Notes: generated by a model not told the origin, from the sequence alone. Counted from the first letter of the stretch, positions 1-15,769 are shown. The stretch is DNA of 64,000 nucleotides from Azolla caroliniana (GCA_043228905.1 JBHGNT010000002.1:5208001-5272000), one strand, 5' to 3'. Program-made: numbers and translations.

Positions 1-261
1 CAAACATGATCATTTTGGTCAACATCAAGTTGGTTAGCAACAAAAAATGTAGCTAAGCATATGTAGAACTGGTTGTTCAAGTATGATGAACATTTGTTGG
101 GTAGAACCTCTTATGTTGTGGGATCTTCTATTGTCATGAGTAGTGGCAATTGTTGATGCAATGAATATGTGCAAGTGGGTGATTAAATGTGAGGGCTTCT
201 CTAAGTATAACTTCTACTAGTCATAGTCCCTTCCATTTTAAGTGTTGTGAGGTGATCATGA

Positions 262-263
<2 letters not shown>

Positions 264-327
<64 letters not shown>
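264..327. repeat. (GT)n microsatellite
   Basis: Pure GT run. Confidence 0.95.
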
Positions 328-328
<1 letters not shown>

Positions 329-3300
329 AGTAGGGAAACATGAAGGTGATGGTACTCACTAAGCCTAAAGATAACATTCCTCACAAATTTGGACTAGCAT
401 GGAGTTTGGTCAAGAGAAGCAATTGAATGGGTGATGTGGAAAAAGACGATGCTTTTATTAAGGAAATAAGGGGTATATCATGATCGTATGTTAGTAGATG
501 TAATTGGTCAAATTTACCTTCAAGATGTTGATGTTTCTGTGTATCTCCATCTTGATTGTCATCATATAGGGTGATCGTTGTGGCCTTCAACTATTGGTGA
601 CTTAGTTTCAACTACTCATACTCTTGCTTCTTTGGAACCCATCGATGTGTATTTGATTGGTTCACTTTGGTATTGCACAAAAGACCTTGAGTTTCATCGA
701 CATAACTTGGGTAAAACATAGAAAGCATTAATTGATCATTTGTCTTGGGTGTAGAATGCACAAACTTCTCACACTCTTCAACTAAGTAAATGCCTTTTGT
801 AGAGAACACATGTTTGGCTATAGCAAAGCTAAGTAAAGTGTATCTTGTTTGGGTTAGGATGAATTATTAGTGTCCTTGGTGCAACAATGAGGTCAATGTA
901 ACAAGGCTACCCGATGTATATCTTATTTGGTTTAGGATGATGTATATCTTATTTGGTGCAACAATGAGGTCAATGTAACAAGGCTACCTGATGTATATCT
1001 TATTTGGTGTTCTTGGTGCAACAAGACCAACTATCTCTAATGTTCATGTTGCGACCATGGTAGCCTTGTTTCCTTGTTTTTTCTCTTGTCTTTCCTTCAT
1101 TAAGCTTTGGGTTGACGAGTGGCCACTTGTTAGCCAATCATCTTATCAACTATCTCCAATACTTTTGCATTGCTTGTTGATGCAATGAGGGAGGTTGAGG
1201 TTTAGTCATATCGTAAGTTTTCAAAGACCAATTTTTCCTACAATTGGATTATTGTGGTTCTTTTGTAGCCTATATCATTTTTCCATTTAACCATGTCCCC
1301 ATTCAGCCTATAATGATCTTCCTTTCCTTGTAACACCCCTTAGATTATTCTTTGCATACATCGTTGAGCTAGATTAGCATGATTCCATAATCAAGCTATA
1401 TTTGTATTGGCATTTGATGCACAATGGAAATCCATTTGTAGCTTGACTTGTTCCAAGGTAGGTAAGGAATCAATTTCTATAAGAGTTATTGTGGTAGTTT
1501 CCAAGTTTTGGAGTGGGTTAAGTCAGTCTTATTATTTAAAGTGGTGGTGATGGTTATGTGGTGCAAACAAAGGGAAGCTCAACCAAGGGATGTCTTCAAT
1601 CATCTTCATGGTTTAGCATGGCTTCTCTTGTCATCTATTGTGGTGGAGTTGAGAAATGATTTGGCCGAGTACATACCTCATCATGAGGAAGATCACTTGG
1701 TGGTGTATGTTATTGGAACTTGTGCTTTGGGTATGTTGTCCTTTCTTCAATTAGTGGTGTAATTCCTTCCTTCTACCATAGGGACGCTCTAAGTTTTGAT
1801 CTAAATGTGGATGGGGTATTTTTTTCTCTAGTGTTAGGTGGTTCCATAATGCCCTTGTGATCATTGTGTTGTTGCTTCTTAGGTTGCTTATCATGATAAA
1901 ACTAGGTGTGTCATCCTCTATTATCCAACAAATCTATTTTACATGTTCGTATGATGAGAGCCTCAATGCAACTTTGTAGGCTATGGTATTTGAAGGTGGT
2001 ATATGGCCTTGTTTTGTCTTCTTCCATAGATTTTCTAATGAAGACTTCATTAGTGGCAATCATAGCAGTGTCACTCTTGGTTGTGAAACCAACCGCTAGT
2101 TTATTTGCTTCTTCAAGTACCTCGACCCACGTTGTAGAATAAGGATGTCAAGCCTCTTGCTTGGTTCTCACCTATGAATACTTAGTTGAGGTAAAATCGT
2201 TCAATGGCTTGTATCTCCTTACCTTTAGGGTAATCAACTAATGCACACCATTTGTAACATCCTTCATAAACGGCTGATTTTGAGCTTAGCACAAAGATAT
2301 TGGATCCAAAATCCACAAGAAGTTCAAATATTGATTTCCTTTGGCTCTGTATTCTCGTACCTAAAGAATTATGTTTCCCACCCAATCTAGCAATTATGGA
2401 TGATTGGCCCATTAGAAAAAGAGCCGATTGATCCTCTGCTAGTGGCCATGTGGATGCCCCTATAAGAGACTATTATTGCTACTCCATTCACAAATGCCAA
2501 AGTAAAAAAGATGGTGAAGTGACCATGCCTACCCCAAAGTGACCAAACTCACCCCCAATAATGAAGATTGTCGAGTCCAATCAACATTGTAGAAAAGGAA
2601 CTCATTCTAGTTGTTGCATCTATTGTCGCTTACCCATCCAAAGTTGAGTTCATCGACAGAATGTGCCTATCATGTTGATCATCCAACAAGTGTGAAATGG
2701 CCAAAAGGCCATAAGACTAGTGTTAGCACAATAAGGATCCTTAGTTAGGCATCCCGACAAATAGAACATCATCATCTTGAATGTCCTATTGTCTTCACAA
2801 ACATCTCGCCTTTTGCAATGCAACAGCATTAGGCTTATCTCAATCATGATTGAGGTTTGTTAAATAGTCTCAAAACATAGTTCTACATACCACTTGTATC
2901 AATTCGGTTCATTTGACGATGTCTTGGTGATAAATTTTGGTATAATAGTATTTTTGTGTAGAAGGCCAAAATGAAGAGAAAATCTCAAGGACAAATACTC
3001 AAATAATGTGTTTAATACAAAAACATTACATTTATTTTATGTTCATGGGTATCTATGGCTTTCAATTACAATGGTTTACAATGATACCTTACAACTTGAA
3101 CAGGTTTTGCATGAAGTTTAAGTTTAGTTTTCATTTTGTCGAAGATTTCCATCACCTTTATTGATCTTGATCACACAAGATCGAACAAAACAAATTCATG
3201 CCTTGATTCTCAAAAGGCACCATTATTGTAAGCCAATTTTGCAAATTATAAGTTATGACATATTTATTGTATCATTGTATTATTTCATGTTAGTTCAAAC

Positions 3301-4493
3301 CCATGTCCCTCTAGTGGTGCATGTGATATAGAAATTAGTAAAAGATATGAAAATGCAAAAATAGCACCCAAAAATCATGAAATAAATACCAAAATGGCCC
3401 TAATCCTTATGCATGTACATTACCAATATTTATATTCACTCTAATTAGTGCAATGTTATCAATGTTAATTATGAGCTCTCACAAATTACCTTCTATGTTA
3501 AGTTTTTTAAGGTAATTCAGGGTATTATTAGTAATTGTTACAAAATTACTACTCATTTGATGACCCTAGAGTGGCAATTTGCTATAATTTGCCGATTGCA
3601 TATTTCCTCCACACCTTGCATGTCTCACCAAAAAAAGTGAAGAGATCTACTACATGTCTAGAATTAGTTAACATGGATTGTCACATTTAATATATTACAT
3701 GGATTACAATTGAAATCTCTGAGTTCCTACTTTAGTGACCGAATGTTTGTTACCTCCACTACAAACACTACATTGTTTTCTGCTTTGCTAACTGTTCTTC
3801 TCCTTTTAAATTCAAACTTTGCCTACGTTTTTTGTGGACATTGATCATCAGTTGTCGCATGAGTCAAACAATCTTAAACATGCACCCAGCCTAACAGAAA
3901 AGGATTCTAGATCTAGAAGTACTATTATATAACTTCAAGGAGACGTGATACTAGAAAGTAGACAGTTGGCGACATTGAAGCATAAACCAATCCATTTCTA
4001 GAGATACAAGGTTTCATACATTGTTTTACTTGCCGCGAGTAATGAGCCATTGAATATGGTTAGATTTCTCATACAACATACATTGGTTTTAAGTAAAAAT
4101 TGCGATGGACACTTATAAGTGGGTGTTGGGCCAAGTGCGTAACCAATCTTCCAATCATCATTGACATGATTGCCTTAAGAACTCCTTCACCATCGAGAAT
4201 CACTTCAAAATGACCAATAACTACATGCGACGGGTGTAAGAATTCCTAATCACATTGATGATATTTTCATTGATGGTTTTACATATGGCTGGTCGAGAGC
4301 CGCTAGCACTGCTGGGGGAGACATCTCAAGGACAACACTAGTTGGCCATTCACTATTATGCTCAAAGTGAGGTGTCACCTTCTCAAATGCGATACGGGGT
4401 TTTTATAGGAGAATTGTTATGTCAGGGCAAGAAACTAAAGAATGGGGTACCAAGGGTGACAACGTAAACCAATGCAATCTCAACCGGACTATG

Positions 4494-7274
4494 TCACCGG
4501 CGCCACCAATCAGGCACTTTTAACCTTTTGGACCTGTGGATAGCCAATCTCACGGATGGCAACTTCCGTTGCACCTCTTTCCACAACATGTTCACCGCAT
4601 CATCCTTGCGGGGCGGATACTGATACTCAAAATGGTGAGACACAAGCTTTAACTTATTCCACATACTCAACCACTTATCTTTTGGGAAGTCCTCCAATGT
4701 CTTTATGAGGTATCCGGGTCTCAACGCCTCCTCAACCGATATAAACAAGGAAAACTCCTCGTAATTGAACTCGTCTTCAAACGGGAGCTCTAGCCTATCA
4801 CTCACTATCACAGGCACGCAATGGCTTACTATTGCATCGAACAGTCTACAAGAGGAGGGTGTATCACCAGCCGGATGAAGACAAAATCGTGATGAACGCA
4901 TGCCCTGTAGTGCCTGCGTAAAGAATGAGGGGATACAAGGAAAGAAATAAGCCAAAAGTATTAAATTTTGCTTTCTTTAAGAGCAACTGGTTGAAGGAAT
5001 GAATCAAAGCTCACATACCATTAAAAAGGAACCAGATTAATCTAAGGAAATATTGCCATTTGTTAAGGAAGAACTAGATTACAACTGTCATAATTAATGA
5101 CAATTTTAATTCTTCACAACGTACATATATGTCATACCGAAATATTGTTAATGATGTTCACCTAATGAAAACTAATCCTAGTTATCTTCAATTTGATTGG
5201 AGGTATTTTGGCATTCTTTCCTACAAAAACATTTAGGGTTCTGTAACTTTGTCCTCAAATGCCCCTAAATGTTTTGGGGTCTCTTAAGGGCATTGCTTTA
5301 AAAAAAAGGACTTAGAAGCCTTTCTGGAATTAAAAAAGGATTTGGGAGCATTTCTAGAAATAAAAAAAGGAAGCTTGGGTACATTTCCAAAAACAAAAAA
5401 TCTTGGGGGCATTTCTAGAAATAAAAACAAAACTTGAAATACATTTGGGTGTCTAGACAAAGGCAATACATTTCAGGAAATAAAATTTTGGGGGGGCATT
5501 TTCGGAACTTTTACCGAGAGCCAAGTGAATTTATTTCAGGTGTTTCGTCAAGTATAATATAAGGCATGCATATATAACATCATCATGCACAAACAGAAAG
5601 AAAAAGGGGCACTTCTTTAATAAATAACACAAACCCTACCATTTCAACTCCTCCATTCTTTGCTTCACTCTCTTCATAGATCACATTGGGATGCTTCTGT
5701 AAAAGCTTTGCCAACTTTATCCTCACAATGCCATCCTGCCAAGAAATGAGCAAAATTTCTCTTTTGAGAACAACTGAGTGATCCCACTTGTATAGGCAAC
5801 ACATATTCGCGGAATTTATTACTGTAACAGGAAGCTAAAATTTTCCTTTATTATAAACCTGAAATAATAGAAAATTAAGGGATAGTGGAATCTCCAAGGA
5901 ATGCTAAATCATTCGAAGTTTTTTTCTTTCAAAATAAATCCAATCAACAAATTTCAAATATCTAACGAAATTTTTTTATAGTATGTAATACACATATTTG
6001 TATTAGCATTTGCTCAAGAAAAAATGCAAACAAAAACTTCGAATTATAAATTTCAAGAAAATACATATTTCCATTCGAACTTTGCTTCTTTAATTAAAAA
6101 AAAGAAAATTCCAACCAAAAAAAATCATTTGTTCAATCAATGGTTTGTGCATTGAAGATGCATATTTCTATTAACATTAAAAATTTCCAACCAACTTTTT
6201 CCCAAATGAGGGGCACACCATTTTCAGCAATATTGATATTGGTGCAACACGAGAATGAAGATAGAAGATAAAATAGGATAGGATAGATATACAGACATCC
6301 TTGCGTCGAATTCTTCCTTTGAAGAAAAGAAGAGTCGTTCTGGCTTCGAACGGGTCAGATATATTATCATTTGCATAACTGGGGACAACATGAGCATATG
6401 GAGCTACGATATCCTTTTGTAGTCGGGCAACACTCGGAGCAAACCTTCCGAAATCAGCGACGATGAAGATAGATGAGTTGATTTCCTCTTTCATAAACCT
6501 CAAAGCATTGGGATGATGCATTGGAAAAATGTGATCTCTACCCCCCGAATTTTGCCACCATGAAGAATTGCGTACCAAGCTTACTATTTCAACCTAAAAT
6601 TTGGAAAACAAGAAGCATTGATGCAATAAAAGAAACAAAAAAGATCGAACATGGGGATATGAAGTCCATACATTCTCTTTTTTCTTTTCTTTTTATATGT
6701 ATATGTTGCTTACTTGTAACAAACGGTCCTTCTCTGTCTCAGGATCCAACATATTCACCCCATGGATATTAAAGCTCCAAGAAGAAAAGAAGGGCACAAA
6801 AAACACATCAGCATTTAGTGGATCCAAAACTCTAATTGCCGCTCTTTCTTCGATTATATCTTTCCTCGATTCCGAACCTAGGAGATAAGCCATCATCCAA
6901 TACTCCACACTATGCTGAACTTTTAATCCTGATCCCGACGGCCATGGTGGAATGATTTCCTCTTTCCAAGGTAATTCTTGATTAGATCCTTGCTTCAGCA
7001 TGCCCATATTGAATTTTTGAGGTATTTCATACATATAAACTCTCAAAGGTCCTTGGCACCTTGTGAAGCTTCTTGATGACGATAAAGCTTTCAATCCACC
7101 ACTAACTGATCCTTTAAATGTGTTGTGAAAGTCCACGAGTTGGGTTCGAAAGGATGATTTTAAATCCCATGTTGTAGAAAGAATGAGGATAATACTGAGG
7201 ATGAGAAAAACTAACAACCATATAAATGTCTTTCCATTGAATTGTCCGGGTAAATTTGCAAAAGTAACAGCCAT
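4494..7274 (-). CDS. GT47/exostosin-family glycosyltransferase, ARAD1-like (probable arabinosyltransferase); exons 7274-6714, 6593-6297, 5735-5640, 4913-4494; about 457 aa
   Basis: GT-AG junctions join in frame. There is an N-terminal TM helix ([16 protein letters not shown]). Exostosin motifs present: [72 protein letters not shown]. Confidence 0.93.
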
Positions 7275-7839
7275 TTCGTTGCTTAGAATCAGGTGTAGAG
7301 TTATTTTGGCCAATGATATAAGTGTAAACACCACGCATCTCTACAAAAAAGAGATATATAAATTGTATGAAGAACAATCTACTAGAAAAGGTATACAAAT
7401 ATATATGTATGATTACATTTTTTAAACATATACCTTAGTAGTGAATATGGACGTTTGACATGTAAAATCTCATCCAAATGAGCAGAGGGTTATAAATCCT
7501 TCCGGTTAGAGATTTTTTAGGCTTTCAGGAAATCATATCCAAATAAGGTGCTATATTTGCCCATATGATATCGATATAATAGAAGCATCCACCCAAAATC
7601 TGCAAAAACAGCTCCCAAAAACGAAATGGTGTACTTTACTTCGTAGAGCATAGATGCATGTGCATATTTCTATTCAACTATGTATGAGTAGATGTATACA
7701 AATAAGTATGCATACCCATATGCGTAGGCACACAATATTCAAATATGTATATATGTATATAAGTATATATGCATGCATGTCTGTGTATGTACAGATGTCT
7801 GTAAGCATGCATGTGTGTATGTAGGCATACATATGATGG

Positions 7840-7840
<1 letters not shown>

Positions 7841-7870
<30 letters not shown>

Positions 7871-8701
7871 TGTATGTATGCATACATGTACATAAATATA
7901 TATACCACAAGAAGTTTTGAATGCTTTCCAAATCTCACGTATCCTTATAATGTTCAACACTATATGTGGAACCTCATCCTCAGAATTTCATATTGTCAGA
8001 TCTCAATTCGTAATGTTGGATTTTTAGCAGGAAAATGCCCAAGCCTCCTCATGAAATTTACACAGTTCTTTTGTTAATCCATAGGGCGAGCATAACCATG
8101 ATTGTTCATTCTTAGTGATGATTCTATCCCTAGATGCTATGGATCATAAATGTGCAGACATATAACTGGTTCCTTCATGTGCCATACATTTATATATTTC
8201 ATTCATACATATATATATATATATAGACAAATGCATACATAAGTTGTTCTTTATCAGCCATACATACATATATATATGGTTCTTTCCTTATGGCACATTT
8301 ATATATTTCATTCATGCATATATATATATAGACAAATGCATACATAAGTTGTTCTTTATCAGCCATACATACATATATATATGGTTATATGGTTCTTTCC
8401 TTCAAACGTATATACAGACATATGTAGTGTTTTCACTAGCCATAAATTTATATACATACGTGCATACATGAGTGGTTCTTTTATCAGCGTCCATACAGAT
8501 TAACCCAAATGAGCAATGAGCAGCAGAACAAATGATTCTGTTGGAGAATGCTACAGATCTCATTTATATATAAATTCACACCTACATGCAGGCTAACCCT
8601 AAATTTACCATATGGATGAAGAGCAGAACAAATTGTTCAATGATGATAAAGTAACCCCAAGAATTCTACAGCTCACAAATGCATACATAATTTTTAGATA
8701 C

Positions 8702-8782
<81 letters not shown>

Positions 8783-9552
8783 GATATATAGATATATACA
8801 CGCAGACACAAACACATATATAAGTAGATATTCTTTCTTCAGCCAAACATATAAACCTAATTGCTCAATCTAATGAGCAGCGCAAAAGGAACAGATGCTT
8901 CAATGGAAATGGTGCTGGTGATGATGATGGTGATGGTGGTGGTGATGACCCAGTGGAGAGAGAAAGAGAGAAATATATACAAATTTAAAATTTATTATGT
9001 AATTATTTCCACTTTCGAATACAAATTGATCGCTTACAGCAAAAGCAAGAAATTGTTGAGAGAAAAGGAAAGGAATGCAAAAAAAAAAAAAAAGAGTACC
9101 TAGAATTGAAGCTATATATGTAGCACTCCATGTTGTGGCCCTTTAAACAAATCTGGAAGAAGAAGAAGAAGAAGAAGAAGCTTTGACAGAAGGGGGGAGG
9201 CCTGTTGTTTGTCCACAGAAAAGGAGGAGAATGAGGATGGAAGGATCAAAATGCTTCTTTGATTTCATTACTGCTTTTTGCTTTTTTGGTAGAGAGTGAA
9301 ATCAGCAGCAATAGAAGGGGGGGAGTGTATGTAATCATGTATGTATGTATGTATGTATGTATGTATGTATGTATGTATGTATGTATGTATGTATAGCTAT
9401 GTATGTATAGCTATGTATGTATAGCTATGTATGTATGTATGTATGTATAGCTATGTATGTATAGCTATGTATGTATGTATGTATGTATACCTATGTATGC
9501 ATGTATAGCTATGTATGTATGTATGTATAGCTATGTATGTATGTTATGTATG
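7841..9552. repeat. Cluster of (TATG)n, (TA)n and (GAA)n microsatellites and a duplication of about 110 bp upstream of the GT47 start
   Basis: (TATG)n at 7841-7880 and 9337-9552; (TA)n at 8705-8750; (GAA)n at 9156-9180; duplication at 8185-8400. Confidence 0.85.
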
Positions 9553-11169
9553 TATTTTCTCTCTCACACACACTTACATTATTGCCCACCAAAAAGGAGG
9601 CTTCTTTTGTCCGTCGCTTGTTGGGTCTCAGACCCCGACTCCCTTCGACTCATCTGTATTCTACATACATATATCGTTGGATCTCGGATAATAATAATAA
9701 TAAACCTGTGAAAAACCGCTCTGCCTTTCGCGTCCCCATCTCCGTCCGTTTGGCCCGTGGGCACACCCGAAAATTATCGGATTCGTGTGCTTTCTCACGT
9801 TTGTTCACGACACTTTGGTCAAAAGAAAAAGAAAAAGAAAAACACAAGAACCCTGGATCATTACATACATACTTTGGTCTTGTTCGCGCTTCAATGATCT
9901 CTTTCCTTGTTCCATCCCAGATTCATTCTCGAGACTCTTATTGCGTGACAATATCTTTAACGAGAAACACCCTCTCTCTTTCTCTCTCTCACTTCCCCCC
10001 ATAAAAAACAATCGTAACACAACACTAAAAAAAAGCACTCCGCCTTAACATAATCTTGGTTTTGCCCACCATAGATTTGTCTAGAAACTCGTAAAATAAT
10101 GGTGACCTTTCGAACTACTCAACACACTTTTAAAATATATAGCTTCCAAATCTACTTATATAGTTACTACTTTTGAATCCAGTCACTTCAAATTTGAAGG
10201 GCATCCATCAAAAATGGATCTCGAGGCTTGTTTCTAAGTAGGGATAATATAGAAAAATACTTGTCACCAATATAGTGTATTATCCAACATACCCCTCGTT
10301 GTTTAAGAATTATCATTGCATAGCCCTAGTAGAAAAGTATAGTTTCGTCTTTCGAATATGTTATTGTAATGCATTGATGCTTATGCATTCGCCGTTAATC
10401 TAATCAACATGAAAGGAACACCCATGTGTTTTCTTAATCATCTGATTATTTTAGTTAATTTTATTGTAGATAAGTCATAAAATATGAATTTATAATGCTA
10501 ATCACGTTGATTCTTAACAAGTAACAATAAATTCAATCAGCTATTGGTTTTGCTCATAAATAAATAATTAAAAGTAATTAGCATACAAACATATGTATTT
10601 AGTGTCGCATAGTTGGTTAGGGTTGATCAAATTGCATTTGATACGTATTTGCTTCAATAACATTATTACCATTGAGAGATGTTTTTGTTTTGAAAAGTTT
10701 GGTATGGAAAGCTTTTCTAAATGCTAAATAGAAGAATCATGGGTTCACTTTACTCTCTCATGCTTTTTAAGTGTGCTTTACTCTATGAATACAATGTATT
10801 GTTTTCTATTCAATTTAAGATATTAAATCAAGAATGTCCCTAATATCAAATCTACCTCATGCAGTTTTACCAATATCATCGCATACCCCCAATAAAAAAG
10901 TAACAACTGAAACAGTGACTTGTTTGTTCACGCAAAAGTAAAAGTTTCAATAGTGATATAAATCAAGAGTTTCGATACCAACATTTAAACTTAGCTTTCA
11001 AAACATGCCTAATGTGTTTCTCTTATTGGTTCTAAGGGTTTAACATTGTAATGCATTTAGAAACATGGGCATCTTGTTCTCTTCACAAAGTTTATGCTTG
11101 TTAACTACTTCGATTAACATAAACAAAAATTTTGCTTTTGGTGGTATTGATGTACATTTTCTTAGCTTG

Positions 11170-11530
11170 TAGCAGTGTTTCCTCAAGTTTTGTAGACATT
11201 TGGCGCGATTTTTTCTTGTATTCATCACTGTTTCTTCATGTCATGGCCCATTTGTCATAGTGGTCAAGCCAATAGTGCTATCAACCCATAGGCCTCAAGT
11301 TTCCTCAAGTTTTGGAGACTTTTGGCATGATTTTTTCTTGTATTTATCTCTGTTTCTTCATGTCATGGCCCATTTGTCATAGTGGTCAAGCCAATAGGCC
11401 ATCAACCCATATGCCTCAAGTTTCCTCAAGTTTTAGAGACATTTGGCAGGATTTTTTCTTGTATTTATCTTTGTTTCTTCATGTCATGGCCCATTTGTCA
11501 TAGTGGTCAAACCAATAGGCCATCAAGCCA
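11170..11530. repeat. Tandem repeat of about 121 bp, 3 copies
   Basis: TTTCCTCAAGTTT..CATGTCATGGCCCATTTGTCATAGTGGTCAA repeated at about 121-bp spacing. Confidence 0.85.
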
Positions 11531-12650
11531 TATGTCACACCTCTTTCGAAGCACTATGCCATTTCTTCTTTTGTTGTGGTAAATTTCTTCTTCCTACCAT
11601 CCCACACCTCCGTTTCATTTTGTAACCACTTCCCACCCGGATATTTACCATAGAAACTTACCACCCCACAACATAGTACATTTATACTACAATTCTACTA
11701 TTGCACATCCACATGTCATATCGTGTGATCTTTAGTAATCAATGGCCTTACCGTCCACATCGATTTGATAGAACGAACTCAAGAATGATCGTAAAAAGTG
11801 TTATATATATATATACTAACATTTACATACCAATATAAAGAAACAATTTGCCCTACCCTACATCGATACAAGTGTGGATCTTAAGACAATGCAACGACTA
11901 TGGCTAAGATTGGCTTACATAGAGACAATTCCTTAGAGAACAAGGCACTCGTAGAGCTCAATTGTGAGAACCTACGTGCATGTTATAATACTATATGAAG
12001 ACCGCCGTAGAAGAACCCATTTTTCATACTCCAATTGTACCAAGGTTTCCCTATCTCTCTTCCGTTCGTGCTTATTTGGCTATGCCTCATGTTCCATCTT
12101 ATATCAAAATGGAGATATGGGTTTAGGTTTCTTTCATAACATTCTACATTAACATGTTTCATAGTTTATGCGCTCTCTTTGTCTTTCCTTTCAACACATT
12201 TATACTTCATATCAAATGTTTCTTAGTCGACAATTGTTTATTATCATTGGACCACAACATTTTTTCCTAGGATTCTATGCAAACACACCATTTGTTAATA
12301 TAATTGTGTGCCAGTTAGCATTTGCAAACCTTAGTCTTTGAGTGCACGTGTACTAAACATATACATAAAACACAAGCTTGTGTAAATGTATAATAAGTGT
12401 ACGCCTAAAATAGACTCATTTATTAAACATGGACAAGCGGTCATCTTCACATTTCGAGATATCTCTGACAAAATAGATTGCATGCTTCTTAACTTAAGAA
12501 GATGCTTCAAGTCACTTGCCACATGCATGAAGTGGTAACTTGTATATTCTACATTAGAACTTGACATTATTTATTCTTCTTTATTTTCTCGCTATTATGC
12601 TAGGAAAAACAAGATTGAAACACTCTATTTCTCTTTCACTCGCTCACTCA

Positions 12651-12655
<5 letters not shown>

Positions 12656-12721
<66 letters not shown>

Positions 12722-13360
12722 GAAAACAGACAATTATATTAACAAATGTGTGTGAAAAACACTACTTACAGTTACAATGGGTTTCACAATGGAGTATGGT
12801 CACCCACTAACTACATGGGTAGTGGAAGATCTTGAATCTCCAAAAGGCAAGACGAACATTCCATTGAGGAAAGAATTTCCATTTGCTCCACTAAAGAAAT
12901 TTGCCACATTAGTACTCCCTTCAACTTTCGTAGATATGCTTTCACTCCATGCCTACCATCAAATACAAAAGCATTGAACATATCCCGAATACCTAAGAAA
13001 TAGGAAAATGATCTTCATCTCTAATTTTGGGTCAACCTGTGTAAATTGTGCAAACACCCACTGTCTAGGTATCAAATAACACCATGAAAAAACTTGCCAT
13101 ATTTGTGAAATGTAACTGTAAATCTAACAAGCAAATTGACATTGTATAAAACGATGAGTACTATCTTCCATTTGAACAGTGCAAAATAAACAATTGCCCG
13201 TTGCTAATCCACAACACTTTAGAGCTAATCCCATTGGCAAACCCCCAATCAAAACTCTCCAAATGAAGACCTTCGGGGACATTGGATAAAATTGGAATGA
13301 TACAGAGAAGATTAGTGTGGCCTTGCGCAAGGATGACATGCATAAATCAAGAAATGGTCT

Positions 13361-13405
<45 letters not shown>

Positions 13406-14237
13406 GAAGACGTTAATATATCTTTCCTTCTTTTCTCTCAACTAAGCAACTCTTTATAAATATGCATGTTGCTCTTGTTTTATATTCAAAATTTGGCATG
13501 GACACTTAAAATATACGTCTACCAATTACAATAAAAGATTTAAAATTACTTTGTTCACGAAATCCATGAATTATATAAAGCATAACCACAACCACATATG
13601 TCCAATTAGGAGGTTTGATGCATGTCCTTTTATGAGAAAAAAAAATGACATCATAATAAATTTAATGTATTGTTTGTCATGTCATAGAGGCTCGCAAAGA
13701 TATCATTAATCTCCGAATCAACTGATGCATTGTATATTGAATATGATGTCATAATGAATGACATTGTTGTTGTGGCAAGGAGGGCCATATGAAGTCATCA
13801 AAAGTGAAGCAATAGGTGGGTGATGGATAAATTGTCGAGAGGTGGATGAATTTTAAAGATGGAATGGGGTTGAAGGAATACCCCAATTGTCTTGCCTTGA
13901 TAGAATTAATATGATGTTAGACACAACATAAAATGTGTGAAAAAAAAGAGATAATTTACAAGGGGAGAGAAAGGGAGATTGGGTTAGTAAATGATGAAAA
14001 GGAAGCCAATAAACATCGGCAACTTGCAAGAAAAGCAATCAAAACCATAATGTGTAAACACAAAAAAAGTTGGGATGGAATCAACTTCTATTTTCGCAAT
14101 GCACAATCTTTAATGATTGAGATATAGGGCACATTTCCTAATATATTTATGCACTGAGAGTCATGTCAATATCCAAATTGTGGGTTTGTAAGGTTTTTAG
14201 TAGCACTTTTTCAAGTGAATGTAAATGTCATATTGTC

Positions 14238-14318
<81 letters not shown>
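12656..14318. repeat. (CT)n and (GT)n(AG)n microsatellites at 12656-12718, 13363-13402 and 14245-14318
   Basis: Directly visible dinucleotide runs. Confidence 0.9.
12790..13345 (-). mobile_element. Decayed L1-like LINE zf-RVT fragment
   Basis: KVFIWRVLIGGLPMG..CLFCTVQMEDSTHRFIQC. Confidence 0.7.
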
Positions 14319-14320
<2 letters not shown>

Positions 14321-15769
14321 CCAATATTGACCCATGGGACTAAGTACACAAGTTTTCTTGATGTGTGTGAATTAATCGATAATTTCTCTAATATCATTTT
14401 CAATTTTTGTGAAGGAAGATTGATTTATGATACACATGGCTTCAGGAAGTGTTTACTTTTACTTTTTAACAATGTATAATGTACAAACCTTTAAAATTTA
14501 GACGATAAAACTATAGGGTTCAACAAGTGCTAAGCATTGGCATTGCATGTCTCAAGGAGTTTGATGCACCTCGACCCCATGTTAATATACCCAAACCGAC
14601 ACGTGGTAGTGGATGATGTGACCAAAATCTGATACTCATGTGAGGGCCCTAGACAAAGTTCTCTTTTCTTTTTAGTAGTCCATACATCGTTAAATTGTAT
14701 CATCTTAAGCTACAACTTGACAACTAGTAATGCATTGCACATTCATAGTGTATTTTGTTTTATGTAAAGTGATTAGTTTTGAGAATGTAGGTTACGTATT
14801 TTGGTTAAAATATTTAACTAGATTCTTATTGTGGTGGTGTTATGTAGTTTTCTTGTGTTTTCTTTAAACTAAATGATTAGTTTTGAGAATGTCGGTTTAA
14901 TTAGTTTTTTATTGTGGTGGAGTTATGTATATAGTTTTCTTATGTTTACTTTAAACTAAGTGACTAGTTTTGAGGATGTAGATCAAGTCTTTTGGTTAAC
15001 ATATTTAAATAGCTATTTAAGGTGCTAGAGTGAGTGTGAGAGGGTTCATCAAGCAAACATGTCGCCTTGTAGCATGCTCGAAAATGGTTGAGCCTCTCCA
15101 TTGCCTATCTTGTCAACAATAGTGTTAGCTAATCCGATCTCCATACCAATGAACTAATGAGGCATGTTCCTGTCATGCATTAAGTAGGTAGGATTGGCCT
15201 CTTTATTTGACATGTATGCCAAATGAACACAATAATTTATGAGGTGATCCTCAGTCAACTCATGCTTCCACTTTAGTGACATTATAGGTATTGAATAATG
15301 CTCTAGGAAGGAACTTCCTAATTAACTTAGACTATCTCAACTATGTTAGATCATTGGCCAATATATCATCGCTATTCAAGCACAAACTTAGCATTCAAAG
15401 ACTCAATGAGAAGTTGTATGCATAGGAACAAACACTACAAAATTGAAAAGTAGAGATCCTCAATATTGGTCCAAATATTCCTTGTCCCCTTGGTTGATCT
15501 TATATAAATTTTCTACAATATTCTCCTCATAAGCATGTCATGACTTTGAGAAATTGAGCCTGTAGGAAGTAGCAATATAATGTTGAAAGATACAGATTAC
15601 CAACATCGGTAAAAATACTTATTGTTGCTTTGGCTAATCTTATATAAAATTTCCATGATTTTCTCCCAATAAGCATGTCATGGTGTCAAGAAGGTGCTTG
15701 TGTTAGAGTCACCACTATAAAGTTGGAAGGTAGAGGCACCAATATTGGTCCCTAATAACAACATAAGGG

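Noticed and set aside
330-2900. Coding-like decayed sequence on the minus strand
   Set aside because: Probably an old transposon remnant, but no diagnostic motif could be read reliably, so it was not annotated.
7674-9711. Many short ORFs rich in Y/I/H/T/M/V/C
   Set aside because: They are translations of (TATG)n and (TA)n microsatellites and are not coding.
11170-11530. Possible CRISPR-like array
   Set aside because: Whole 121-bp units repeat with no unique spacers, there are no cas genes, and the context is eukaryotic.
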